Assembly: GCA_963765495.1 (NCBI GenBank)
Contig: CAVXWP010000008.1
Span: 640,001-704,000 of the forward strand
Direction: 5' to 3'
Source of the DNA: Blastocatellia bacterium
GTDB taxonomy: Bacteria > Acidobacteriota > Blastocatellia > UBA7656
Length of the DNA: 64,000 nucleotides
Shown: positions 31,585-40,834 of the stretch, in pieces
Layout: each line of letters opens with the position of its first letter
How positions within the stretch are numbered: position 1 is the stretch's first letter
The notes under the pieces: model-generated
Databases searched by the model: none
Told to the model about the DNA's origin: nothing
What the model saw: the letters and a program-made list of their open reading frames with translations, nothing else
Position numbers and translations under genes: made by a program

Positions 31585-31962
31585 ATGCTGAAGATATCTT
31601 TGTTGCTGCTTGGTGGAGCTTTTGGAACCGGGCTCAGATATTTCTTTTCAAGCTTCATCTATTCGTTGATCAAAGAGCCGACCTTTCCTTATGCAAATCT
31701 GATCATCAACGTATCGGGAAGCTTTATTATAGGTTTTCTCGCCGAATCATTTGAAACAAGGTATCTTGTTTCTCCCGCCGTGCGCGTGGCGTTGCTTACG
31801 GGCGTGCTTGGCGGCTACACGACATTCTCAAGTTTTTCGCTTGAAACCTTTTCGATGTTGCGCGACGGCGAGGTCTGGCTCGCGGCGTTGAATGCTTTCG
31901 GCAGCGTATTGCTGGGGCTTGCGGCCGTCTGGGTTGGAGTTCGACTGGCCCAGGCCTTTTAG
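31585..31962 (+). CDS. crcB: Fluoride channel Fluc/CrcB
   Basis: GGAFGTGLRY, NVSGSF, GVLGGYTTFSSF. Confidence 0.95.
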   Translation: MLKISLLLLGGAFGTGLRYFFSSFIYSLIKEPTFPYANLIINVSGSFIIGFLAESFETRYLVSPAVRVALLTGVLGGYTTFSSFSLETFSMLRDGEVWLAALNAFGSVLLGLAAVWVGVRLAQAF

Positions 31963-31976
31963 TCTGAGAGGTAGTA

Positions 31977-32324
31977 ATGAAAACTCTCGAAGAGGGACAG
32001 CTTCTGCGCATTTTCATAGGCGAATCCGACAGTTGGGAGGGGAAACCGCTCTATGAAGCAATAATCCTGAAGGCCAGAGAACGAGGCATAGCCGGGGCGA
32101 CTATGCTGCGGGGATTGATGGGGTATGGTGCGGCCAGCCAGATACATACCGCGAGAATACTTCGCCTTTCCGAAGACCTGCCTATTATTGTAGAGATAAT
32201 TGACAGCGCGGAAAACATCTCTGCGCTGCTGCCCGAAATCGAGCTAATGGTCACGGAAGGGCTCATAACGCTTGAGAAAGTGCGAATGCTCCAGCAGCGT
32301 GGATCGAGCGAGACCGGTCAGTAA
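31977..32324 (+). CDS. DUF190 family PII-like protein
   Basis: LLRIFIGESD..PLYEAI..GIAGAT..LSEDLP; the usual crcB neighbour. Confidence 0.9.
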   Translation: MKTLEEGQLLRIFIGESDSWEGKPLYEAIILKARERGIAGATMLRGLMGYGAASQIHTARILRLSEDLPIIVEIIDSAENISALLPEIELMVTEGLITLEKVRMLQQRGSSETGQ

Positions 32325-32351
32325 GCCGGAACACTCACACTCCCTTGACCG

Positions 32352-33530
32352 CTAGCCCATCTGTTTGCGAAAGCGCCACGCGCTTATAGCCATCAGCAAG
32401 ACGGCGAACCCGAGCAGCGCCAGAAGGTTCGGGTACAGGGTCTCTACCCCTGCTCCTTTCAGCATTATTCCACGCGCTATAGTGGCGAAGTGTCGCACAG
32501 GGTTTATCACCGTTAATGGTTGCATCCAGTCCGGCATGGCTTCAATCGGAGTAGTCGCGCCCGACAATATCGCTATCGGCGGATTGATGAAAAAACTCAT
32601 CAATTGCGCCTGTTGCTGTGACCGCGAAAATGTCGCCAGGAATGTCCCCAGCCCAATCCCGGCAAGTACGCAAAGCGCCCCCGCCAAATAGAGCAGCAAG
32701 AGGCTGCCGCGAACCGGCACGTCAAAGACCAGCCAGCCTACAGCTACGGCTAAAAACACATCGGCAGAGAGCAGGAGAAAAATCGGCATCATCTTTGCCG
32801 CAGTAATCTCGCCCGCCGTCGCCGGAGTCATCAGCAGTTGCTCGACCGTCCCGACCTCTTTTTCTTTTACCATCGAACCTGCCGCGACCAGCGATCCGTT
32901 CAGGACGAGAAGGATGCCAAGCACGCCAGTCATCATGAACCACGAACTCTCCATACCGGGATTGAAAAGCAGCGCCACACGAGCCGTTACATCCCCTGAT
33001 GTGCCTGGCCCTGACGAGCCCTGCCCCAACGCGACTCCAATCGATGTCTGCCCGGAGCCTACAGCCGCACCTTGATTAAACGAGGCGATTATGCGCTGGC
33101 CGTACCCGGCTGCAATCCCCGCTGTGTTTGAGTTGACCCCGTCAAGCAGCAGCTGTACCTCCGCCGTTTCGCGCCGCTCGCGACGGCGGTCAAAATCCGT
33201 TGGTATTATCAACCCCGCATCCAGTTTGCCCGCGCTTAACTCTCGGCCCAATTCTTCCTGCGAAGCGAAATAGCCTTCTATCTGAAACGATCTGTTTTCG
33301 GTAAAGGCGGAAATCAGGTCGCGGCTCACCGAGGTGCGGCTTTGATCCACAACGCCCAGCCGGAGCCCCGTAACATCAGGGTTCAAAGCAAGCCCAAAGA
33401 TGACGAGTTGTACAGTAGGCGGAATCAACATCATCGAGATCAACTGATGATCCCGCTTGATATGACTCAACTCCTTTATGATAAGCGCAAAGATGCGCAG
33501 CCCGCGAATTTTGTCGATCAATCTTTTCAT
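32352..33530 (-). CDS. ABC-2 exporter permease (YbhR-like)
   Basis: KEKEVGTVEQLLMTP; LSGATTPIEAMP. Confidence 0.9.
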   Translation of the reverse strand: MKRLIDKIRGLRIFALIIKELSHIKRDHQLISMMLIPPTVQLVIFGLALNPDVTGLRLGVVDQSRTSVSRDLISAFTENRSFQIEGYFASQEELGRELSAGKLDAGLIIPTDFDRRRERRETAEVQLLLDGVNSNTAGIAAGYGQRIIASFNQGAAVGSGQTSIGVALGQGSSGPGTSGDVTARVALLFNPGMESSWFMMTGVLGILLVLNGSLVAAGSMVKEKEVGTVEQLLMTPATAGEITAAKMMPIFLLLSADVFLAVAVGWLVFDVPVRGSLLLLYLAGALCVLAGIGLGTFLATFSRSQQQAQLMSFFINPPIAILSGATTPIEAMPDWMQPLTVINPVRHFATIARGIMLKGAGVETLYPNLLALLGFAVLLMAISAWRFRKQMG

Positions 33531-34639
33531 AATTCAACCTGCATCCTTCTTATGCGTACCCACGCCAATGAAAGAAAACCTGCGCCCAACACCGCGAGCG
33601 CCGCTACAGACTGCCACACACCCGACCAGGAACCTCCGCGCACAAAGGCATCTCGCGCGATCTCGATGTAGTAGCGCGCGGGTACGAAATAGGCGATCCA
33701 GCGAATGCCTGCCGGTATATTTGAAAGAGGGAACATGAAGCCTGAGATCAGAAACGAAAGCATGAAGCAAACCAGCGCGACGACTTGAATGGTGCTTGCC
33801 TGATCCGACATGGCCGCGCCCGCCATCGTTCCGAAACTAACGCAACAGAAGAGGTAGATTATCGTGCCTATGATGAAAGGCGTAATGTCTCCGGCGAAAC
33901 TGAGTCCAAACAACTTGATGCCGAACGTGACCACAAGCACCCACTCGGCCAGCGCGATTATGAAGTATGCGAAGGTCTTTCCCAGCAGGTATTCGTGTGC
34001 CGTGATGCTTGAGACATACACCTGTAGGATAGTCTTTTGCTCTGTCTCGCGCGACATCGCAAGCGCGGCCAGCAGCGGCGGAAAGAGTGCCAGAACGAGA
34101 GCGATCACACCCGGCCCGATATATTTGTCTGTATCGAGACCGGGATTGAACCAGTGCCGCGTCTCCGCTTTGATCGCGGGTTTAACCAGTGATTCATTGG
34201 CCCCGAGCTTTTGAGAAAAAGCCTGAGTTATGGCAGAGGCGTTGCCGCGCAGTATGTTTGCCGTGTTGGTGTCTGTCGCATCTATCAGCCATTGCACCTC
34301 CGCGTGCCCTCCGCGTGCGATGTCGCGCCCGAAATCGGCAGGGATAATAACAACCACTCGCGCTGCCTCGGCGGCCAGGGCCTGTTCAGCATTCATATGC
34401 GCAGGCAGGGGCACTACGCGGAATGTTATCGAATTGGCAAGCGTTTCAACATATTCTCGTGAGCGGGGCGAAGCATCATAATCCTGAACAACGGCAGTCA
34501 CCCCGGTGACTGAAAAAGCGATAGCCTTGCCGTAGAGCACAAGTAGAATGAGCGGCAGCAACAGGGCCAGGGCAACAGTCAGCCGGTCGCGAGATACCTG
34601 CGTCAATTCCTTGCGCGCCTGCGCGATAATGCGTTTCAT
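33527..34639 (-). CDS. ABC-2 exporter permease (YbhS-like)
   Basis: ARKELTQVSRD; ISGFMFPLSNIP; start taken at MKRIIA. Confidence 0.9.
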   Translation of the reverse strand: MKRIIAQARKELTQVSRDRLTVALALLLPLILLVLYGKAIAFSVTGVTAVVQDYDASPRSREYVETLANSITFRVVPLPAHMNAEQALAAEAARVVVIIPADFGRDIARGGHAEVQWLIDATDTNTANILRGNASAITQAFSQKLGANESLVKPAIKAETRHWFNPGLDTDKYIGPGVIALVLALFPPLLAALAMSRETEQKTILQVYVSSITAHEYLLGKTFAYFIIALAEWVLVVTFGIKLFGLSFAGDITPFIIGTIIYLFCCVSFGTMAGAAMSDQASTIQVVALVCFMLSFLISGFMFPLSNIPAGIRWIAYFVPARYYIEIARDAFVRGGSWSGVWQSVAALAVLGAGFLSLAWVRIRRMQVEL

Positions 34640-34649
34640 AGTCTTTCCC

Positions 34650-36659
34650 TCAATCTTCCGAAGCGCTTTTGCCTTCCTTGCGCGCCTGTTCAACCGTGGC
34701 GATAAATACATCTTCGAGCGAAAACCGCTCTTCATAGGCCTTCATCACCCGAATGCCTTCCCCTTCCAGGCGGCTCGTCAGTTGCCGTATGCCTGTCAAT
34801 ACGTCCGTATCCAAAATGACGTGCAGGCGATCACCAAACAGCGCGACGCGCCATCTTTCCATTTCGGCTTCCAGCAGATTCGCAGCCCGTTGCGGGTGGT
34901 CTGTGATCAACTCTATGAGGTGGCCCCGTTGCGCGGCCTTTACCTCAGAAGGCGCTCCTTCGGCGATCAATTCGCCAGCGACCATCAGACCCAGCCTGTT
35001 GCATTGCTCGGCTTCTTCGAGGTAATGCGTGGTCACAAGGATAGCCACCCCTCGATCTGCCAGCGTGTTGATCATCTTCCAGAAAGCGCGTCGTGCAAGC
35101 GGATCAACGCCCGATGTCGGTTCGTCAAGAAAGACAACACTCGGCTCGTGCATGATAGCCGCGCCAAAGGCTACGCGCTGTTTCCATCCACCCGGCAGCG
35201 CACCCGTGACCGTATTGCCCCGGTTGCCGAGGCCGGAGAATTCCAGTACCCACCGCTTCTTCTTTTCGCGCTGGTCAGCCGGGATTCCGTACACTCCCGC
35301 AAAGAAGTTCAGGTTTTCATCTATGGTCAGATCATCGTAGAGCGAGAATTTTTGAGACATATAACCGATGCGCTGACGAACAAAGGCCGAGCGCAGACTT
35401 CCATGCTCGCCTGCTAGTTCCATTGCCCCGCTCGAAGGCGAAATAAGCCCGCAGAGCATCTTTATCGTAGTGGTCTTCCCCGCCCCGTTTGCGCCAAGCA
35501 ACCCGTAGATTTCGCCGTAACGAACCTCGATGTTTATGCCCTTTACCGCGTGAAAACTTCCAAACGATTTTTTCAAGTCTTTTGCGCCGATTGCGATGGC
35601 GTCCTCATCCCGCTCGCGAAACTCTCGAATAAACGGGTACCCGGGCGTCTTCATTTCGCCACCCATTTCGCGCAGGACCGATACAAAAGTGTTCTCAAGC
35701 GTAGGGGCTGCCACGCGCACATCTTCGACCCCGATACCATTATTGGCGAGCGCAGCGCGTGTCATCTGCTCGGCAATTTTCGTGTCTCTCACCATCAGGT
35801 CGAGCCGGTCGCCGAATCGCTGCACATCGGAAATCCCCGTCGTTTCACTAAGAACCTCCTCGGCTCGACCGAGGTCGGTTGCGCGAATCTCCATTCGATC
35901 AAGCCCCTGACTGCGGCGGAGTTGATCGGGAGTTCCGATTTGACGAATCTGCCCGTCATACATCAGCGCGACTCTGTGACATCGCTCGGCCTCATCAAGA
36001 TAGGGGGTCGCAACTATTATCGTCATCCCCTCGTTTGAAAGGCCCGCGAGCGTTCCCCAGAATTCGCGCCGCGATACGGGATCAACGCCTGTAGTCGGCT
36101 CATCGAGCAGAAGGAGACGAGGCTCGGTAATCAGCGCGCAGGCGAGCGCGAGTTTCTGTTTCATCCCGCCGCTCAACCTTCCCGCGAGGCGGTCCCTGAA
36201 CCTGTCCATATCAAACAGCTTCAGATAGCGATCTCCGCGCCTCTTGATCTCTCCGACTTCCAGCCGTCGAAGCTCGCCCATGTAGCGGAGGTTTTCGCTC
36301 ACGCTCAGATCGGGGTAAAGGCTGAAGCTTTGCGTCAGGTAGCCGATCTTGTCTCTGGCATCGCGTGACTTGTGGCCGAAGACGATAGCCTCGCCACCTG
36401 TCGCCTGCATTACGCCGCCAAGGATTTGAAATACGGATGTCTTCCCGGCTCCGTCGGGTCCGATCAAGCCAAAGATTTCTCCCCGCTTAACCTCAAGGTC
36501 GATACCGCGCACGGCTTCGACACCGCCGTATTCTTTCCGCAAATTGCGAATAGTTATGGCAAACCCAGACCCGTTTTCTAATTCGAGTTTCTTGCCTGTC
36601 GATGGTAGAGAACGCGAATCAAACACCTCGCTGGTAGAACTCTGTACTGCGTTCATCAT
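34650..36659 (-). CDS. ABC exporter ATP-binding protein with two ATPase domains (YbhF-like)
   Basis: GPDGAGKT and GANGAGKT; LSGGMKQ; DEPTTGVDP and DEPTSGVDP. Confidence 0.92.
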   Translation of the reverse strand: MMNAVQSSTSEVFDSRSLPSTGKKLELENGSGFAITIRNLRKEYGGVEAVRGIDLEVKRGEIFGLIGPDGAGKTSVFQILGGVMQATGGEAIVFGHKSRDARDKIGYLTQSFSLYPDLSVSENLRYMGELRRLEVGEIKRRGDRYLKLFDMDRFRDRLAGRLSGGMKQKLALACALITEPRLLLLDEPTTGVDPVSRREFWGTLAGLSNEGMTIIVATPYLDEAERCHRVALMYDGQIRQIGTPDQLRRSQGLDRMEIRATDLGRAEEVLSETTGISDVQRFGDRLDLMVRDTKIAEQMTRAALANNGIGVEDVRVAAPTLENTFVSVLREMGGEMKTPGYPFIREFRERDEDAIAIGAKDLKKSFGSFHAVKGINIEVRYGEIYGLLGANGAGKTTTIKMLCGLISPSSGAMELAGEHGSLRSAFVRQRIGYMSQKFSLYDDLTIDENLNFFAGVYGIPADQREKKKRWVLEFSGLGNRGNTVTGALPGGWKQRVAFGAAIMHEPSVVFLDEPTSGVDPLARRAFWKMINTLADRGVAILVTTHYLEEAEQCNRLGLMVAGELIAEGAPSEVKAAQRGHLIELITDHPQRAANLLEAEMERWRVALFGDRLHVILDTDVLTGIRQLTSRLEGEGIRVMKAYEERFSLEDVFIATVEQARKEGKSASED

Positions 36660-36669
36660 CTACCTCCAT

Positions 36670-37860
36670 TTACTTTCTTGCAGTTTCGACCCACTGGTCG
36701 CCGATAGTCAGCACCTCACCGTCGGCGGGCATTCCTGGTTTGGCAAAGCCTTGCGGGCTCTTGAGTTGAAGTTTTACGCCGACCACCTGTTTTACTCGAT
36801 CATCACGAAAATATGTATTCTCAGGCGTAAAGGAGGCTTGCGGGTCAATGCGAGAGACAACGGCGTCAAGCGGCTGTCTCGAATTCGAGTCAAGATAGAC
36901 CCTCGCCGATTGACCCACGCGAACGCGACCTATCTCGCCTTCGGGGATAAAGCCTCGCAGGTAGACTTGATTGAAATCTATCAGCGTCAATATAGGAGCC
37001 CCTGCTGCGACTACTTCACCCGGCTCTGCTGCGCGAGTGGCGACCACACCATCAAAGGGAGCGGTGATCTGCAAATCCCGGCGATTTGCCTCGGCCTCCT
37101 GAAGCCGCGCGCGAGCCTGATCGGCTTCGGCCTGAGCGGATGCGACGACAGATTGCGCCTGGCGAATTTGTTGTTCGATAGTGGCGGCTTCGGCCGCATG
37201 AATTGCCGGGTTCTCAAGATTGGCCCTTGCCGCTACAAGCACCCCGCGCGCAGCCTCAACCTGACGCTCGGCGGCTGCAACCGCGGCTACCTGCGTTTCA
37301 GCAACGGTGGTTGCCTGCCTCCCTTCTCGATCCGAGACAACACCCTGACGAGCAAGCGCGGTGAAGCGTTCCCTGTCATACTTTGCCTGCTCATATTTTG
37401 CGCGAGCCTGAGCAAGCGAGGCTTCGGCAGCTGCTACCTGCGCAGAAGCCTCGCTGACGCGCCCAAGTGCGTCTGCCCGCGATTGAGTCACGGTCAACAG
37501 GCTCTGCGAAAGCTGCGCCTGGAGCACGCTGATCGCCTGCTGTGCTTCGAGAACTCTTGCTTCTGATTGTTCGACGGCCGAACGCTCTTGCGCCTCTCTT
37601 GCCTTGATCTGATCGTCATCGAGAACGGCGATTACCTGACCCGCCTTTACCGGGTCGCCTTCCCGCACGGTTATTTCCCGGATGCGTCCCTGTGTTTTTG
37701 CAGCCACTGCCGCGTCGTCGCTCTCAATGCGACCGCTAAGTGTAATAATCCCTTCGGGCCGAGCAGGTCCACGCAGAAAAAACCACCACGCGGACGCGCC
37801 CGCTATAAGAATCAGAGCCGGAATTGCTATCTTTCCAATACGACTTTTTGTGGGTTTCAT
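36670..37860 (-). CDS. HlyD family periplasmic adaptor (YbhG-like)
   Basis: N-terminal TM; lipoyl halves VREGDPVKAGQ and ITAPFDGVV; ASFTPEN; KPGMPA. Confidence 0.9.
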   Translation of the reverse strand: MKPTKSRIGKIAIPALILIAGASAWWFFLRGPARPEGIITLSGRIESDDAAVAAKTQGRIREITVREGDPVKAGQVIAVLDDDQIKAREAQERSAVEQSEARVLEAQQAISVLQAQLSQSLLTVTQSRADALGRVSEASAQVAAAEASLAQARAKYEQAKYDRERFTALARQGVVSDREGRQATTVAETQVAAVAAAERQVEAARGVLVAARANLENPAIHAAEAATIEQQIRQAQSVVASAQAEADQARARLQEAEANRRDLQITAPFDGVVATRAAEPGEVVAAGAPILTLIDFNQVYLRGFIPEGEIGRVRVGQSARVYLDSNSRQPLDAVVSRIDPQASFTPENTYFRDDRVKQVVGVKLQLKSPQGFAKPGMPADGEVLTIGDQWVETARK

Positions 37861-37959
37861 AGTTACTCCATTTGAGTCAGTTGATGTTTGAGTTTTCATC
37901 CGAGCAATCAGCATCTCGAACGGCTTGTCGAGCGCGCCCGCCAGCTTGAAGCTCAGCCC

Positions 37960-38355
37960 TTACTGAATGTCGATCTGTCTCGAAGCAGTCCTTGCCGACA
38001 TATATGCATCAAGAGGCGACAGCAGAATAATCAGCAGCCACATAGGAACGGCTACAAGCAGAGCGAGAGCAATTCCTCCAAATCGATTAAGGCGAAGCGA
38101 CGCGGTTTTACTTGCCACATCGCGGTTGAGCGCGTTAAGAAGCAGACCGGAGAGCGATTGATGTATCTGCAAATCGCTTTGCAAGGTCCTGGTTTCGAAA
38201 TCACTACCGCCGGGATTATTTATTGCTGTCACAGGTTTGTCGCTTTGATGAGCGCCGCACAGGCGACAAAAGTTGTCTGTTGCAGACATCTGTCTGTTGC
38301 AACTGTCGCATTGCCTGATGACAATCGTTTTTGCCATGCGCGCGCAAGTCATCAT
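37960..38355 (-). CDS. Small zinc-ribbon membrane protein
   Basis: CDSC-x9-FCRLCG and a C-terminal TM segment; GAGG RBS. Confidence 0.7.
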   Translation of the reverse strand: MMTCARMAKTIVIRQCDSCNRQMSATDNFCRLCGAHQSDKPVTAINNPGGSDFETRTLQSDLQIHQSLSGLLLNALNRDVASKTASLRLNRFGGIALALLVAVPMWLLIILLSPLDAYMSARTASRQIDIQ

Positions 38356-38420
38356 TAATACCTCACTTGATTTTCGCTAACCCTGTTTGTTGTCACTTCC
38401 CCGTGACAGGGGGCTATTGG

Positions 38421-38435
38421 GCAAATGCTTTGCCA
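38421..38435 (-). promoter_or_regulatory. Sigma-54 (-24/-12) promoter
   Basis: Minus strand reads TGGCAAAGCATTTGC, i.e. GG-N10-GC, about 65 nt upstream of the first gene of the exporter operon. Confidence 0.65.
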
Positions 38436-38806
38436 CACCCCTTCCGCGCCTGCGCGTGGCCACCTAAAGCGTTGAAGTAACAGGGTTAATAAGGTTTGAC
38501 GGGGCTTATCAATACGAATTGATGGTCAGCTCAACTGCCGGGATTTTGGCAGGTGCCAACTGCCGGTGCCGGTATATGGGCACTCGATTTTCAGATACCT
38601 CAATCGTGGTAGGAAAAAACCATTCGATCTCGGGATTTTTTTTCTTGCGTCGATACTGCATAGTGTAGTTTGACTGAGGTGATGGCGACGCTTGCAAAGC
38701 CATATCAAACCGCAAGAGATCGGGACAAATGAGTTTGAACGAAGCCTGTGTTGCGGTCGGAGGATACGGATTACAAACCGATGACGGAGGTGATACACTT
38801 TTTGCC

Positions 38807-40483
38807 ATGGCTGATATGACTCCACTATTACCGACAGGACCTTCGCGCGCCGAAGAGATGTCTCCGACTTTGACACCGGCTCAGATCGCGCGGATCGCAA
38901 AACATGGCCGCAAGCGGAAGATTGAGCCAGGCGAGGTCCTTTCTGAAGCGGGTGAACAGGCCACGCGGTTCTTTGTCGTCATCGAAGGCCGGATCGACAT
39001 CGTCCGATTCTCTTGCGAAATCGAGGAACTCGTTCTCTCATATGGCCCCGGCATGTTTACCGGAGAAGTTAACCTGCTTTCGGGTCGGCGCGGGTTGGCT
39101 CGCATTCAGGCGGGTGACTCGGGCGAAGTGATCGAAGTTGATCGCGAACAGTTGCTCGGGCTCGTCCAGACCGACAGCGAGTTGAGCGATATTTTGATGC
39201 GGGCTTTTATCCTTCGCAGGGTGGAATTGATAGCGCGCGGATTCGGAGATGTAGTGCTGGTCGGTTCGGTCCATTGCGCGGGGACGCTTCGCATAAAAGA
39301 GTTTCTTACGCGCAACGGCCATCCCTACTCGTTTGTCGATCTTGACGTTGATACAGGCGTTCAAGCCTTGCTGGACCACTTCCACGTAGGCGTTGAGGAC
39401 GTGCCGGTTTTGATCTGTCGAGGCGAAGTCGTACTTCGCAACCCGACCAACCAGCAGATCGCCGACTGCCTCGGTTTTAACGACGCGATTGACCAGACAC
39501 ATGTCCGCGACCTTGTGATTGTCGGGGCCGGTCCTTCGGGGTTGGCGGCGGCTGTCTACGGCGCGTCGGAAGGGCTGGATGTCCTCGTACTTGAAGCCGA
39601 CTCGCCGGGGGGGCAGGCCGGTTCCAGTTCGAAGATCGAAAATTATCTTGGATTTCCCACGGGCGTGTCTGGTCAGGAACTCGCCGCTCGGGCTTATACA
39701 CAGGCGCAAAAATTCGGGGCGCAGGTGATTATCGCCAGAGGGGCTAAGGAATTGAAATGCGAAAGAAGGCCCTACACAATCGAGATAGACAACGGCCCCC
39801 GCGTGCCCGCTCGCGCGATTATCATCGCAACCGGCGCAGAGTATCGCAGGTTGTCGCTCGATAACCTGTCTCAGTTTGAAGGCGCGGGAGTGTATTACGG
39901 CGCAACATTCATCGAGGCGCAGCTATGCAAGGGGGAAGAGGTAGTAGTCGTAGGCGGAGGCAATTCGGCAGGACAAGCGGCGGTATTTCTCTCTCAAACC
40001 GCCAGACGCGTACATCTGCTTGTCAGGTCGGATGGCCTGGCCGATTCGATGTCGCGTTATCTGATTCGTCGGATCGAAGACAATCCGGCAATAACCCTGC
40101 TTTCCCAAACAGAGATCACATCTCTTGAAGGAAACGGCCATCTGGAACGCGTCTGCTGGCGCAACAATCATACGGGGGAGACCCAGACCCGCGATTTAAG
40201 CCACATCTTTATAATGGCGGGCGCAATTCCCAACACACACTGGCTGGACGGATGCCTGGCACTAGATGCGAACGGCTTTATAAAGACTGGACCTGACCTG
40301 TCGCACGACGATCTGGTCGCCGCCGCCTGGCCCCTTCCCCGACCGCCCTATCTGCTCGAAACCAGCCTGCCCGGAGTCTTTGCCGTCGGCGACGTGCGTG
40401 GTGGGAGCATCAAGCGCGTGGCGTCAGCCGTCGGCGAGGGATCAATCGCCGTCGCCTTTGTACATCGAGTGCTGCACGAATAA
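38807..40483 (+). CDS. Cyclic nucleotide-binding domain + thioredoxin reductase-like FAD oxidoreductase
   Basis: cNMP-like domain (FTGEVNLL); GAGPSG, IENYLGFP, ATGA, GGGNSA and AVGD motifs; no CxxC. Confidence 0.88.
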   Translation: MADMTPLLPTGPSRAEEMSPTLTPAQIARIAKHGRKRKIEPGEVLSEAGEQATRFFVVIEGRIDIVRFSCEIEELVLSYGPGMFTGEVNLLSGRRGLARIQAGDSGEVIEVDREQLLGLVQTDSELSDILMRAFILRRVELIARGFGDVVLVGSVHCAGTLRIKEFLTRNGHPYSFVDLDVDTGVQALLDHFHVGVEDVPVLICRGEVVLRNPTNQQIADCLGFNDAIDQTHVRDLVIVGAGPSGLAAAVYGASEGLDVLVLEADSPGGQAGSSSKIENYLGFPTGVSGQELAARAYTQAQKFGAQVIIARGAKELKCERRPYTIEIDNGPRVPARAIIIATGAEYRRLSLDNLSQFEGAGVYYGATFIEAQLCKGEEVVVVGGGNSAGQAAVFLSQTARRVHLLVRSDGLADSMSRYLIRRIEDNPAITLLSQTEITSLEGNGHLERVCWRNNHTGETQTRDLSHIFIMAGAIPNTHWLDGCLALDANGFIKTGPDLSHDDLVAAAWPLPRPPYLLETSLPGVFAVGDVRGGSIKRVASAVGEGSIAVAFVHRVLHE

Positions 40484-40495
40484 AAGGAGGAAGCT

Positions 40496-40765
40496 GTGCC
40501 CGATCAAATCTGTTCTCATATAGATGCGCTTACCGATGTCAAACACGCGAAGCGTCATGAGTGCGAAGAGTGCGTGAAGATAGGCGCGCGATGGGTCCAC
40601 CTGCGGACCTGTCAGGAGTGCGAAAAGACGTTGTGCTGCGACAGTTCACCTAACCAGCACGCAAGCCGACACGCGCGAGCCGAGAAGCATCCGGTGATCG
40701 CCTCGGCAGAGCCGGGGGAGCGATGGTTGTATTGTTACCCGGATGATGCTTTCGCCGAGTATTGA
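40496..40765 (+). CDS. UBP-type zinc finger protein
   Basis: CSH..CEEC..WVHLRTCQEC..CCDSSPNQHASRH..EPGERWLYCYPD; AGGAGG RBS with GTG start. Confidence 0.9.
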   Translation: MPDQICSHIDALTDVKHAKRHECEECVKIGARWVHLRTCQECEKTLCCDSSPNQHASRHARAEKHPVIASAEPGERWLYCYPDDAFAEY

Positions 40766-40834
40766 ACCTTCCTTTGAAACTCTTACTCCTGGCTGACGCA
40801 TCAGAGAGAAAGGTCAGTCGGAAGGACAACCCTG

